A stretch of DNA of 63,824 nucleotides from Firmicutes bacterium UBA4881 (GTDB lineage Bacteria > Bacillota > DTU065), in assembly GCA_002399235.1 (NCBI GenBank), contig DHDH01000049.1, positions 1-63,824 of the forward strand, given 5' to 3'. Positions within the stretch are counted from its first letter, which is position 1, and each line of letters begins with the position of its first letter. Below the pieces are notes generated by a model. The model was given only the letters and a program-made list of their open reading frames with translations, did no database searches and was not told where the DNA came from. The position numbers were made by a program, and so were the translations under genes. Below are positions 40,962 through 51,119 of this stretch, in pieces.

Positions 40962-41870
40962 TTATACTCTTTCGAAGCCTCTTAAATAAAGATAATTTAA
41001 AATTGTACTGTTAGCTTTCCACCAATTTTTACTGATTGCCCATTCCTCAGGATAGTTATTCCAACTCCAAACGATATCCCAAGACCCATCATCAAGTTGT
41101 GTTTTAAGAATATACTCACACTCATACTCCGCAACTTTTTGATTCGCTTCATAGAAAATGCTGTCCCGGGAATTGAAAAACTGAGATGGTCTACAGATGT
41201 AACTTGTTTCCCAGATAGAGGTATCTTTAGTTATGGAATAACTAACTTGCTCTCTAAGTTTAGTTTTTAATGCTTCTAGGTCGATGACCTGCTCATCAAT
41301 TTTTTCGCAGTATTCCATTAAACGTATATAGCAAAGTACTGTATGCATATCATCAAGCAAGCCACCCTTTAAATAAGCTTCGGTTGCTTCTTGAGCTATT
41401 CTTTTACAGATTTTATATACCTGAGAACTTTTCTTAGCAAAAATTAAGCCAAATCCTGCCAAACAAGCGGTTGGGTTGTAGTCTGTTTTACAAGAACTTT
41501 CACTTTCTGCATGCCACCAAGGTGCATGAGGGTAATCGTTGTTACTTAAAACAGTATTGGACCAAGAATGGTCATTAAAATCAGCGCCACTAGCTAGATA
41601 CTTTAAAATACCCTGAACCACGGAACAACTCTGGTCAGTAACTTCAATCTCTCGAAGTATCTCTGTCGCAACCCAAGTTTGTATTGGTGCAGAATTAGGG
41701 TTCCAACTATCTGGTTCTAAAGCATGACCAAAACCACCATCATTGTTCTGGTAGAAAGATAAGGCTTTTATCACATTATCCTTGCTGCCATTTTCAAAAT
41801 GATATTGCCATCTAGCAATATCAAGTGGCCGAGCATGGCGATAAATCCATTCTTGTGTTTTCTGGTACAT
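40962..41870 (-). CDS. hypothetical protein with QW-like (prenyltransferase/squalene-cyclase) repeats
   Basis: YQNNDGGFGHALEPD and TQLDDGSW motifs; PHAPWW. Confidence 0.7.
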   Translation of the reverse strand: MYQKTQEWIYRHARPLDIARWQYHFENGSKDNVIKALSFYQNNDGGFGHALEPDSWNPNSAPIQTWVATEILREIEVTDQSCSVVQGILKYLASGADFNDHSWSNTVLSNNDYPHAPWWHAESESSCKTDYNPTACLAGFGLIFAKKSSQVYKICKRIAQEATEAYLKGGLLDDMHTVLCYIRLMEYCEKIDEQVIDLEALKTKLREQVSYSITKDTSIWETSYICRPSQFFNSRDSIFYEANQKVAEYECEYILKTQLDDGSWDIVWSWNNYPEEWAISKNWWKANSTILNYLYLRGFERV

Positions 41871-42123
41871 CCTTCACCCTTCTTTCTTCAGTTCTAAAAA
41901 AGAATTGCTTTGCTCCTCTAACTTCACCATTACCAAATTTTAACCTTTCTTCGGGGGGCGTTTTTTAGGTAATAGATAATATAAAACTCTTATCCTTAAG
42001 AACTAACGATGGTTTCTAAAACATTTACACGCAAACAAATTTTGGCAAATTTTAAAAGGACCCTGAAGCAGCCAATAAGGTTAGTCCCTTACTTGCACTT
42101 CGTGGTCACTTTTAATAGTTTAT

Positions 42124-43965
42124 TTACTTTTCGTTAAACCTTAGTAGTCTAATGGCATTTAAGATAACTAAAATAACACTTAGCTCATGGATTAGCATGC
42201 CCGATGACAGGACTACAGTCTTCGTGATCACACCAACCAAAAGTACTCCTACTACCAAGATTGCAAAGTAGATATTTTGTTTCATGTTTTTTATAGTCGC
42301 TTGGCTTAAGTTTATAGCATAGGTAAGCTTTTTTAATTCAGCTGACATTAAGACTACATCAGCAGTCTCCATAGCTACATGAGAACCTATCCCACCAAGA
42401 GCTACTCCTAAATCAGCGGTTGCTAGTGCTGGTGCGTCGTTAACTCCATCGCCCACCATTGCTGTTTTGTCTTCTGTTTGCAGCTTCTTCAGAATAGCTA
42501 CTTTGTCTTGAGGAAGTAATTCTGCGAAATAATCATCCAAACCGACCTTCTTAGCAATAGAACTGGCTACTAGCTTGTTGTCTCCTGTTAGCATTACAGT
42601 TTTTTTGATTCCTAATCTTTTTAGTTTCTGGACTAGATTTAGGGCATCTCCTCTAATCTCGTCAGCTATAGAGACAACACCAAGAATATTAAGAGCATCC
42701 GCAACTATAACTGTTGTTTGGCCTGCAGTTTCTTCTAAGTTTAGATAATCGGCAACCTCCGTAGGAATTGCGATCTTATTTTCTGTCATCAGTTTCCTGT
42801 TACCAAGATAATAGATATTATCGTTGAGCTTAACCTGTAAACCTTGGCCAATTATAAACTGTGAATCTTGTGGAGTAATAAGAGGTTCTTCTAACCCTTT
42901 ACCAGCTTCTAAAATGGCTTTAGCTAAAGGGTGTTCAGAATAACTTTCAGCGCTAGCTGCTAGATAGAGAAGCTCCTCTTCTGTAATAGCAAAGCCTTTT
43001 AATTTAGTTACCGTTGGTCTGCCCACAGTAAGAGTTCCAGTCTTATCAAAAGCTAAACTCTTAATCGCAGCTAGTTTTTCAATAACTTCGCCACCTTTAA
43101 TAATCACACCATGCTTTGCACCATTACCTATACCTGCAACTATGGATACTGGTGTGGAGATAACTAAAGCTCCTGGGCAGGCTATAACTAGGAGAGTCAA
43201 AGCCAATTCAATATCTTTTGTAACCAGGAAGATAACAGTCGCTAAAATCATGATCCCCGGGGTGTAATATTTGGCAAAGACTTCCATGAATTTCTGAGTT
43301 TTGGCCTTTTTATCCTGTGCTTCTTCTACTAGGTGCAAGATCCTAGCAAAAGTAGTGTCTTCGCTTATCTGTTCAGCTGTAATCTTGAGATAGCCAGATT
43401 CGATAATGGTACCCAAGTAAACAACATCGCCGATATTCTTAGCTATTGGTAGTGACTCACCAGTAATAGATGCCTGATTAACATAAGCACTGCCTTCGCT
43501 TATTGTTCCATCAACAGGAATCTTCTCGCCTGGCCTTACAATAACTATTTCGCCCCTAGTTACCTCTTCTGGTGAAACTTCAATCTCACCATTATCTCTC
43601 AGAACTTTAGCTGTCTCCGGGGCTAAATCTAATAATGCTTTTAGCGAAGATCGAGTCTTTTCCAAAGTCTTAGCTTCTAAATAACTGCCAAACATGAAGA
43701 GAAACGTTACTGCTGCAGCTTCCCAGTATTCACCGATAATTATCGCTCCAGTAACTGCTAAGGTTACCAAAGCTTCAATACCCAAATAACGGAATTTTAA
43801 GGCGCGAATAGCATTTAAGACTATAGGATAACCTGCGATAACCGCTGCAGCAATCATGAAGACATCTGACACTGTAGGGTTAAAATTAGGTTGTTTGAGG
43901 GCAAAGGATATAGCAATAAGGATACCCGCTATCATAACCCTTTGCCCTTTTGTTATCCGCAACAT
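42124..43965 (-). CDS. P1B-type heavy-metal-translocating ATPase
   Basis: TGES, CPG, DKTGTLT, SEHP, GDGVNDAPAL and C-terminal HELS motifs. Confidence 0.95.
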   Translation of the reverse strand: MLRITKGQRVMIAGILIAISFALKQPNFNPTVSDVFMIAAAVIAGYPIVLNAIRALKFRYLGIEALVTLAVTGAIIIGEYWEAAAVTFLFMFGSYLEAKTLEKTRSSLKALLDLAPETAKVLRDNGEIEVSPEEVTRGEIVIVRPGEKIPVDGTISEGSAYVNQASITGESLPIAKNIGDVVYLGTIIESGYLKITAEQISEDTTFARILHLVEEAQDKKAKTQKFMEVFAKYYTPGIMILATVIFLVTKDIELALTLLVIACPGALVISTPVSIVAGIGNGAKHGVIIKGGEVIEKLAAIKSLAFDKTGTLTVGRPTVTKLKGFAITEEELLYLAASAESYSEHPLAKAILEAGKGLEEPLITPQDSQFIIGQGLQVKLNDNIYYLGNRKLMTENKIAIPTEVADYLNLEETAGQTTVIVADALNILGVVSIADEIRGDALNLVQKLKRLGIKKTVMLTGDNKLVASSIAKKVGLDDYFAELLPQDKVAILKKLQTEDKTAMVGDGVNDAPALATADLGVALGGIGSHVAMETADVVLMSAELKKLTYAINLSQATIKNMKQNIYFAILVVGVLLVGVITKTVVLSSGMLIHELSVILVILNAIRLLRFNEK

Positions 43966-43980
43966 ACTTTTATACCCTCA

Positions 43981-44196
43981 TTATTTTATGGACAGGACAT
44001 CAAAGCCTAAAGCTTCAATGGTCTTTACGATCTCTGTAACATCTGTTAAAGCCTCATCGAATGTCACTTTAACCCTACTTGAGGAAAAAAGAACCTGGAT
44101 CTCATTTATGCCCTTTAACCTTTTTATTGCCACCTCAATTTTTGCAGCACAACTGGGGCAAGTTAATGTCTCTAATTGAAAAGTCTTTGTTGTCAT
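43981..44196 (-). CDS. HMA-domain metallochaperone (CopZ-like)
   Basis: LETLTCPSCAAKIE, 71 aa, AGGAGG SD. Confidence 0.92.
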   Translation of the reverse strand: MTTKTFQLETLTCPSCAAKIEVAIKRLKGINEIQVLFSSSRVKVTFDEALTDVTEIVKTIEALGFDVLSIK

Positions 44197-44247
44197 ACTG
44201 ACTCCTCCTTCTTGACCTTAGAATAACCTATTAAAAGAGAAGAAACC

Positions 44248-44261
44248 TTGATCTAGATCAA
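44248..44261. promoter_or_regulatory. perfect FNR box upstream of the CopZ-ATPase operon
   Basis: TTGAT-CTAG-ATCAA; a -10-like TATTCT at 44225-44220 puts its centre near -41.5. Confidence 0.85.
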
Positions 44262-44531
44262 AATTTGCAGCCAATTTTAATTTAGTTCAATAATCTTAAC
44301 TTGTAAGATTGCCAACAAAAGTTAGTCTTGCCAATAGTTTCCATTCCATTAACCACGCTTATCAAAACAACTAGAATCCTGTTAGTAGTCGCAATTATCT
44401 TAACCATTAAATATTTCCCAAACATCATAACATACGTACAGCTACTAAAGTTTAAGAAGGTAAAACCAAATTTATAGAGTATAAAATAATCAAGTAGGGA
44501 TTTAGATCTAAAGTAAAGGGGTGTAGGAGAA

Positions 44532-45830
44532 ATGAAGTTATCAAAAAACTTTTGGTTTTTGCTTACTATCTTGGTGTTTCTATCCTTATCTGCTGGTGCA
44601 GCTGAAAAAATTTCCGTCTGGTTAACCGGCCACATCAACGAAGAAATGAGCATTATCAAAGAAATTACCGAAACAGCCTTTACTGCAAAAACTGGAATAG
44701 AAGTAGAATACACTAACCTATCTTGGGCTGACTTTGAAAACCGCTTTCTCATGGCTGCGGCTTCAGGTGATGCTCCTGACGTAGGTGGTGCAGGTGCTCT
44801 GTTCTTACCAGAGCTAGGCCTTAGAGGAGCTATGATCGACCTCTCACTGATGCCTGGATTTGACGAGATTTCCAAACGTTCTTACCCAGGTTTTTATCGC
44901 TCCTTGCAATATAAAGGTATGACCTTTGGTATACCTTATACTGCTACCGTTTCTACAGCTTTCCAGAGAGATGATATTTTAAACGATTTAGGTGTAAAAT
45001 CAATTAATACTTGGGACGAATTAAGACAAGTTCTACCTAAGCTACAAGCTAAAAATTCTAACTTTTCGTTGCAATGGTTCTTGACTGACACTCTCTATGC
45101 TGATGTCAATATGCTTATGTGGCAACGAGGAGCTGATGATTATAATGCTGATCTAACAAAATCAGGCTATGATACTCCAGAAGGTATAACTGCTTTTAGA
45201 GACTATGTCGAGTTATATACAAAACACAAGATTCCTAAAGAAATACCTGTACTGCAAGCTTTTATGAATGGCGATCTAGCTATGGCTATCCAATATCCTA
45301 ATTTCTTTCAAAACCTTGTAGTTAGTGCTCCTCAACTAACTGGCAAATGGAGCATGGTACAGGTTCCAGGCTATAACGTTGGCGGTAAATTGAATCGCAC
45401 TTCAACTGGTGGTGGCTCTGCTGTTGGTATCTTCGATTCTTCTAAGAAAAAAACTCAAGCTTGGGAATTCATTAAATGGTTAACTGAAGAAAAAACCCAG
45501 TTAGAAATCTCTAACCGAGTTATGAACCAGATTAAAGGCACAATGTATTTACCATCTATTCGTGGTGCTGTTACTAAGATTCCTATCGATCCTAAATCTG
45601 CACAAGTCTATGAGACTGCTTTAAACACCGCCACTTCTTCTATTTATGGCCTAGTTGCACCTAGACATCGTCGTCGTTACCTGCAAATGGCTGCTCAAAA
45701 GGCTATCTTAAATGGTGAAAACCCTGAAAAAGCTATCCGTGACGCAGCGGAGGAGCATAATAGCGAAATCAAGAAGAAGCAAGTTGAATACGACAGATTC
45801 ATCAAAAAATTATTGGATAAAAAGAAATAG
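44532..45830 (+). CDS. carbohydrate ABC transporter substrate-binding protein (orphan)
   Basis: Sec signal, FTAKTGIEVE, GDAPDV, TWDEL and AWEFIKWL motifs; followed by a terminator at 45838-45864. Confidence 0.88.
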   Translation: MKLSKNFWFLLTILVFLSLSAGAAEKISVWLTGHINEEMSIIKEITETAFTAKTGIEVEYTNLSWADFENRFLMAAASGDAPDVGGAGALFLPELGLRGAMIDLSLMPGFDEISKRSYPGFYRSLQYKGMTFGIPYTATVSTAFQRDDILNDLGVKSINTWDELRQVLPKLQAKNSNFSLQWFLTDTLYADVNMLMWQRGADDYNADLTKSGYDTPEGITAFRDYVELYTKHKIPKEIPVLQAFMNGDLAMAIQYPNFFQNLVVSAPQLTGKWSMVQVPGYNVGGKLNRTSTGGGSAVGIFDSSKKKTQAWEFIKWLTEEKTQLEISNRVMNQIKGTMYLPSIRGAVTKIPIDPKSAQVYETALNTATSSIYGLVAPRHRRRYLQMAAQKAILNGENPEKAIRDAAEEHNSEIKKKQVEYDRFIKKLLDKKK

Positions 45831-46222
45831 TTTACGGAAAGGACGTCTTCGAGACGTCCTTTTTGATCTTTTTTTGCAGTTCTCTGTTCCCCTAAGTTTT
45901 ACGTAATAAAAAGGTGCCAACTAACTTTTCCTGATATATTAGCAAAGCTCCTTTTGATTAGCATATTTCAAAATTGTCTTAACCCAATGTTCATATTTTT
46001 AAACACGCTGCAAACTTCACTCCAAACAAAAAATTGGTTTTTTGTTACAGCATTCTTAGTTCATGCTCACATTCCATCCAAAGCCTATCTGGCCTGGAAC
46101 TATTGCTGTTTCTATATCTTTTCCTACCCTATAGCAACAGAAGTAATTATTTAAAAACAACAACAGCTACGAGTAAAAAACAAAACATTTACTTTATTAC
46201 ACTTTACATTTAGCTTCGTAAT

Positions 46223-46256
46223 TTAATATTGGTCAATTCTACTGACCAAATATTAA
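46223..46256. promoter_or_regulatory. inverted repeat directly upstream of the FRG gene
   Basis: TTAATATT-GGTCA-attctac-TGACC-AAATATTAA. Confidence 0.5.
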
Positions 46257-46274
46257 GTTAGGAAGCGTTTAGAA

Positions 46275-47186
46275 ATGATTGTAAAAGAACAGTCTCTTAC
46301 CTCTAACGATAGTAATCCTGAGGTAGTAACTAAACAGGTTGAGGTAAGAGTTAAATCGGTTCAGGAGTATTTAATAGCAGTTGATCTAGCCTTTCAAACC
46401 ATATGTAATGGCGATCCAATTAATTGCGAATTATGGTATAGAGGTCAAGCACAAACAGGTTTCGATCTGCTACCTACAATTACCCGCAAAATCGATAATT
46501 TGCAGTTAAACCCTCTTTATGAAACCGTCTTCCTTTCGAAGTTTAAGTCGTTAGTAATCCCCTATTTAGGTGATTTACCAGCTCCTCCCCTACCAAATGG
46601 AATCACTCCTTATTGGAGCTGGCTTTTCATGTTAAGACACTATGGCTTGCCTGCTCGCATCTTAGATTGGTCTCGCGATGCTTTAACAGGTCTTTTCTTT
46701 GCAACCGATCCTACAGACCCTTCTTTAGTAGAAGGAATAGATGCTACTGTTTGGGTACTAAACCCCGTTATACTAAACCGCAACTTTTCTTTTCATAGTT
46801 TCTTACAACCTGGCTACATTCCTAACGTAGAAGAACCCAGCTTTAATATTTTCTTTGGTCCCAATGCAGATATTTTGAGTTCTCCTAAGCCAGCAGCTGC
46901 TATCGGACCATTAAACACTACTAGAATAGTTGCTCAACGTGGCACATTTACTGTTTTCCCACTGGTACGCAACCTCATTGCCTTAAATAAATTTGAAGAC
47001 TTTGCTAATTATCTTTTTAAGATTGATATTGCTTGGGACCACGTTAAAGATATACAAACTCAACTTAAACATTTTGGTGTTACAAGGCTAGCCTTATATC
47101 TTGATATCACAACAATAGTTGCTGAAGTTAAGCAACAGGTAATTGATGAAGGCGTCCATACTACCAATTTGTGTCTTAACCAGTAA
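46275..47186 (+). CDS. FRG domain-containing protein
   Basis: WYRGQ, LLPTI.R, HYGLP.R.LDWS, LFFA and RIVAQRG.F motifs. Confidence 0.9.
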   Translation: MIVKEQSLTSNDSNPEVVTKQVEVRVKSVQEYLIAVDLAFQTICNGDPINCELWYRGQAQTGFDLLPTITRKIDNLQLNPLYETVFLSKFKSLVIPYLGDLPAPPLPNGITPYWSWLFMLRHYGLPARILDWSRDALTGLFFATDPTDPSLVEGIDATVWVLNPVILNRNFSFHSFLQPGYIPNVEEPSFNIFFGPNADILSSPKPAAAIGPLNTTRIVAQRGTFTVFPLVRNLIALNKFEDFANYLFKIDIAWDHVKDIQTQLKHFGVTRLALYLDITTIVAEVKQQVIDEGVHTTNLCLNQ

Positions 47187-47369
47187 GTTGCTTACCAATT
47201 GTCTCTACTAAGTCTAAAACTAACCTTCTCTTTATGTAAGATACAGGTTTAATTATAAAACAAGGTTAGTAATTAAGTGGGTTTAGCTATGGCGTGCTTC
47301 GACAAATTAGTCCAATTTAATAGATACTTGCTAATTCACCATTTTGTCATTTTAGGTATGTTCAAAAGT

Positions 47370-47431
47370 AAGTGCCTCTTCAGCTTATTTAAGGTTTCTT
47401 GTAAACTTTAACATGGTATGAAGAGGCACTT
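47370..47431. terminator. long hairpin between convergent FRG and rlmH
   Basis: AAGTGCCTCTTCA..TGAAGAGGCACTT with an inner TTAAGGTTT/AAACTTTAA stem. Confidence 0.6.
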
Positions 47432-47475
47432 CTCTTTGTCAATTCTACTTAAATCTAATCGAATTAGTTTTATAG

Positions 47476-47946
47476 TCACTTATGGTATGGTTCCCCACTT
47501 AAGATCTTAAAGAAACGGTAAATCTGCTCTAAAAGAACTAATCGCATTAGTTGGTGGGGAAAAGTTAATGGTCCAAAAGACCAATGAAAATCTACTTGTT
47601 TTTTTATGGACTCATCTACACCTAATGAACTACCAATTATAAAGGTAATTGTACTATTTCCATAGAGAGCCCAATTGGCTATCTGTTGAGCCATTGCCTC
47701 CGAAGAAAGTTCTTTCCCATCTAGATCTAATAACACAGTTAGACCTTCTAGCTTGGACCGTAATTTATCAGCTTCACCTTTAAGCATTATCTTGCAATCT
47801 TCTTCTCTAGTGGGAATAGGAGAGTCTGGTAGTTCAATTATACTTACATTAGCATAAGGCTTAAGTCTCTTAAGATACTCATCTATTCCTTGCTTTAGAT
47901 ATTTCTCTTTTATGGAACCTAAGCAAAGAATTCTTATCTTTAACAA
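47476..47946 (-). CDS. rlmH: 23S rRNA pseudouridine-1915 N3-methyltransferase
   Basis: FIIGSS.G, LTFPHQLMR.VL.EQIYR and GEPYHK motifs. Confidence 0.96.
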   Translation of the reverse strand: MLKIRILCLGSIKEKYLKQGIDEYLKRLKPYANVSIIELPDSPIPTREEDCKIMLKGEADKLRSKLEGLTVLLDLDGKELSSEAMAQQIANWALYGNSTITFIIGSSLGVDESIKKQVDFHWSFGPLTFPHQLMRLVLLEQIYRFFKILSGEPYHK

Positions 47947-47961
47947 CTCATCACACTCTCC

Positions 47962-48738
47962 TTAAAAACAGATCACTTTCGAAGGTGTATACTGGTTAGC
48001 TACCTGCAAAGATACATCCTTACCAGGTATAATCCCTTCTTCTTTCAAAGTTGTAGCTACATCAAGCACAGCAATTTGAGGTTTATTATTTTCTTCACTT
48101 AAGTGAGCTAAAAAACAATATGGTGTTTTAGGTGCTTGTCTCACAATATCGGAGAGGATCTTCCCTGAATCTTGATTAGAAAGATGACCATACACTGACA
48201 TGATTCTCTTTTTAAGTGACCAGGGGTAAGGTCCTGTTTGCAACATACGTACATTGTGGTTAGCTTCTAATACTACCAGATCTAGGTTATTAATATATTG
48301 ATCGAGGTTTACTGGTCGTTTACCTGTATCTGTTAATACCAAAGCTCTGCTTTTTTCATCCTCAATTAAATAACCAACTGGACTTTTAGCATCATGAGAA
48401 ATCCTAATCGGAGTAACAACAGCTTCTCCTAAAGTAATAGGCTCGTTAGGTATTAATGTTTGCTTTCTCTCTACCTCATCTAAAGAGATTAGTGTTTCTT
48501 CTGTTGCCCAAACCTCACAAGAACTATGTTTAGCTAAACCTTTGACCCCTTTAATGTGGTCTACATGTTCATGAGTAATTAAGCAATCTGACACTTGACT
48601 CAAGTCAATCCCAGCAAATTCACTTCTTTTAATCATTTCTTTCAGGGATATACCTGCATCTATTAATAAATTGCGGCCACCAGCTTTCAAATAGATCGCA
48701 TTGCCTTTACTGCCGCTAGCAAGAATACATATCTCGAT
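47962..48738 (-). CDS. walJ: MBL-fold metallo-hydrolase (YycJ/WalJ-like); ATC start inferred
   Basis: THEHVDH, SHDA, LEANH, GHLSN and AHLS.ENN motifs. The conserved LASGSKGN lies upstream of the track start; SD AGGAGGGG precedes ATC at 48738. Confidence 0.85.
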   Translation of the reverse strand: MEICILASGSKGNAIYLKAGGRNLLIDAGISLKEMIKRSEFAGIDLSQVSDCLITHEHVDHIKGVKGLAKHSSCEVWATEETLISLDEVERKQTLIPNEPITLGEAVVTPIRISHDAKSPVGYLIEDEKSRALVLTDTGKRPVNLDQYINNLDLVVLEANHNVRMLQTGPYPWSLKKRIMSVYGHLSNQDSGKILSDIVRQAPKTPYCFLAHLSEENNKPQIAVLDVATTLKEEGIIPGKDVSLQVANQYTPSKVICF

Positions 48739-48855
48739 TTTTCTTCCCCTCCTGCTGCCTTACATCCTCTAAAGTAGATTTTACCACAAACGCGAAGGAA
48801 ATCGCCAACTATTAGCGAATCATACTGAAGCTGTTAATTTTCAGGAGGTGTAATT

Positions 48856-49026
48856 ATGCCTGCATTTGTTAACCAAGAAGAATGTACTGGTTGCGGTACT
48901 TGCGCCGACACATGCCCAGTATCCGCTATTACTGTTGATGATGTTGCAGAAGTCAATCCCGATGAGTGCATTGATTGCGGTGCTTGTGTAGATGCTTGCC
49001 CCGTAAGCTGCATCACTTTGGAATAG
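48856..49026 (+). CDS. 2x[4Fe-4S] ferredoxin, 56 aa (not in ORF track)
   Basis: AGGAGGTG SD; [56 protein letters not shown]; terminator at 49052-49085. Confidence 0.96.
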   Translation: MPAFVNQEECTGCGTCADTCPVSAITVDDVAEVNPDECIDCGACVDACPVSCITLE

Positions 49027-49195
49027 TTTACAATCTAAACTAAAATGTACCAAACAGGAGAGGGAAAAATTCCCTCTCCTGTTTATTTTAGAAATCTAAA
49101 AATTTTACTTTCTAAAACTGGTTAAAAGTACCAACATAGTCGTTAAGCTAGTTATGGCTAGTTTTCAAAAAGGCCGGTTAGAACCGGCCAAGAAG

Positions 49196-50572
49196 TTATA
49201 AACCTATATATGCTTTTACTTCTTTTTCTAAAGCAGCAAGTTCCTCTTCCGAAGATGCTTCTAAATAAACCCTCACTAAAGGTTCTGTCCCGGAAGCTCT
49301 GGCTAGCATCCAAAGATCATTTCGTAGGACAATCTTTACTCCGTCGATTCTGTTCACAAAGTCTACTGGCCAAGAACCAATTTGCTTGTGGTCCTTTTCC
49401 CGTAGATTCTTCATAACTGCTTCTTTCTTTTCGCTATTAAGCCTGAGATCAAGACGTTTATTAACATATCTACCATGTTTAGCATAGATACTATCTAGCA
49501 CTTGGGCTAGGGGTTTTTTGTGGTAGGCTCTGAGTTCAGCAATTAAAAGATCTGCTAAGATACCATCTTTTTCGGGGATATGGCCTGCAATACTTAAACC
49601 ACCAGACTCCTCGCCACCCAAAATAACATCTGTTGTTCTCATCATTTGACCAATATGTTTAAAACCGACTGGTGTCTCAATGCAATTAACATTGTGGGCC
49701 TTGGCAATAGCATCTAATAAGTGAGTTGTAGCTACAGTTCTTGCTACAGATCTAGGACCTTTTGTTTCTAGTAGGTAGTCATAAATAAGAACCAGAACTT
49801 CGTTAGCGGTAATGTAGCGACCATTTGTGTCTATTACGCCAAAACGATCAGCATCACCATCTGTAGCCAAGCCAATATCAACCTTGCCTTCTTTAACCAA
49901 GTTAACTAACTCTTGCATATGAGTAGCTATAGGCTCTGGTGGACGCCCGCCAAAAAGAGGATCACGATTAGTATGCAATTCCTCCACAATAACTCCATTC
50001 TCTCTTAAAATACGCCCTACATATGAACGCCCAGCTCCATGCATGGCATCATAAGCAATCTTAAGCGAACGAATCTGCTCGAAATTAACGAGACTTTTTA
50101 TATGTTCCTCATATTCCCTATCAGGATTAAATGTCTTAACCTCGCCTTGAACCGGAGGTACTATTTCAATTTTAGCAATCTCTTTTTCAATAGCTTGAGT
50201 AATCTCTGGTTCAGCTGGTCCAGCATAATCAGGTATAAATTTGATACCATCATATTCTGGTGGGTTATGGGAAGCAGTAAACATTAGTGCTCCATCTGCC
50301 TTATGTTCTTTAACAGCATAAGCAATAACTGGTGTAGGAGTGTCTTGCTCGGTTAATAAGACTCTTACACCTTCATTTTGCATAACTAGCGCTGCTTCTC
50401 TAGCAAAACGTTCGTTCATAAAACGGCCATCGTAAGCTACCAAAATAAGAGGATCCTTATTTAACCCTAGAACATAATGAGCAATACCTTTAGCTACTCT
50501 TCTTGCGTTAGGCAAAGTAAAATCTTCGCAGAGAATGGCTCTCCAACCATCAGTGCCAAAACGGATATCCAT
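49196..50572 (-). CDS. phosphoglucomutase/phosphomannomutase
   Basis: FGTDGWR, TASHNP, DGDADR, GEESGG and RASGTEP motifs. Confidence 0.95.
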   Translation of the reverse strand: MDIRFGTDGWRAILCEDFTLPNARRVAKGIAHYVLGLNKDPLILVAYDGRFMNERFAREAALVMQNEGVRVLLTEQDTPTPVIAYAVKEHKADGALMFTASHNPPEYDGIKFIPDYAGPAEPEITQAIEKEIAKIEIVPPVQGEVKTFNPDREYEEHIKSLVNFEQIRSLKIAYDAMHGAGRSYVGRILRENGVIVEELHTNRDPLFGGRPPEPIATHMQELVNLVKEGKVDIGLATDGDADRFGVIDTNGRYITANEVLVLIYDYLLETKGPRSVARTVATTHLLDAIAKAHNVNCIETPVGFKHIGQMMRTTDVILGGEESGGLSIAGHIPEKDGILADLLIAELRAYHKKPLAQVLDSIYAKHGRYVNKRLDLRLNSEKKEAVMKNLREKDHKQIGSWPVDFVNRIDGVKIVLRNDLWMLARASGTEPLVRVYLEASSEEELAALEKEVKAYIGL

Positions 50573-50611
50573 AATTACCTATCCATCCCCTCTTTGTATA
50601 TTAAAAGGTGA

Positions 50612-51118
50612 TCAGTATTCGATACCTTTTCTGGCTCTAATACCTAAATCATAAGGATGACGAATCTTTTTCATTTCGGTAATTAGATCTGCTTGAGCTA
50701 GAATCGATTCAGGCATCGAGCGCCCAGTAAGTACTAGTTCTAATTGTGGTGGCTTTCCTTTGAGAAAATCACAGATTTCCTCTTCTTTAAGCAAACCACA
50801 AGTAACTAGATAACTGATCTCATCTAAGACCAAAAGGTCATAGTCTTGCCAGATACTCTCTACTTTTTGCACGCCAGTTTGGGCTAACTCTTGATCTTCT
50901 TTTGACGGGGACCCCATAATAAATTCGCCACTACCAAATTGCCAAAAGGGTATCCCTAATTTCGCTAAAGTTACCAATTCACCGCTTGCTACACCTTTTA
51001 AAAACTGTACCAAACCGGTTTTTAGTTGATTACCATGTGCTCTTATTATTAAACCAATCGCTGCTGTTGTTTTCCCTTTGCCATCACCTGTATAAACTTG
51101 AATGAGCCCTTTAGGCAA
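50612..51118 (-). CDS. cobO: cob(I)yrinic acid a,c-diamide adenosyltransferase
   Basis: YTGDGKGKTTAA.G, QFLK, LDE, LTGR and A.KGIEY motifs. Confidence 0.92.
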   Translation of the reverse strand: MPKGLIQVYTGDGKGKTTAAIGLIIRAHGNQLKTGLVQFLKGVASGELVTLAKLGIPFWQFGSGEFIMGSPSKEDQELAQTGVQKVESIWQDYDLLVLDEISYLVTCGLLKEEEICDFLKGKPPQLELVLTGRSMPESILAQADLITEMKKIRHPYDLGIRARKGIEY

Positions 51119-51119
51119 T

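Noticed and set aside
45954-46154. 66-aa ORF upstream of the FRG gene as a partner or antitoxin
   Set aside because: No SD and a composition typical of translated AT-rich intergenic DNA
47400-47495. SCC-like element integrated at rlmH
   Set aside because: No serine recombinase and no convincing duplicate of the rlmH 3' att sequence seen in the window
48834-49053. Two minus-strand ORFs of 60 and 70 aa
   Set aside because: They are antisense to the clear plus-strand ferredoxin at 48856-49026
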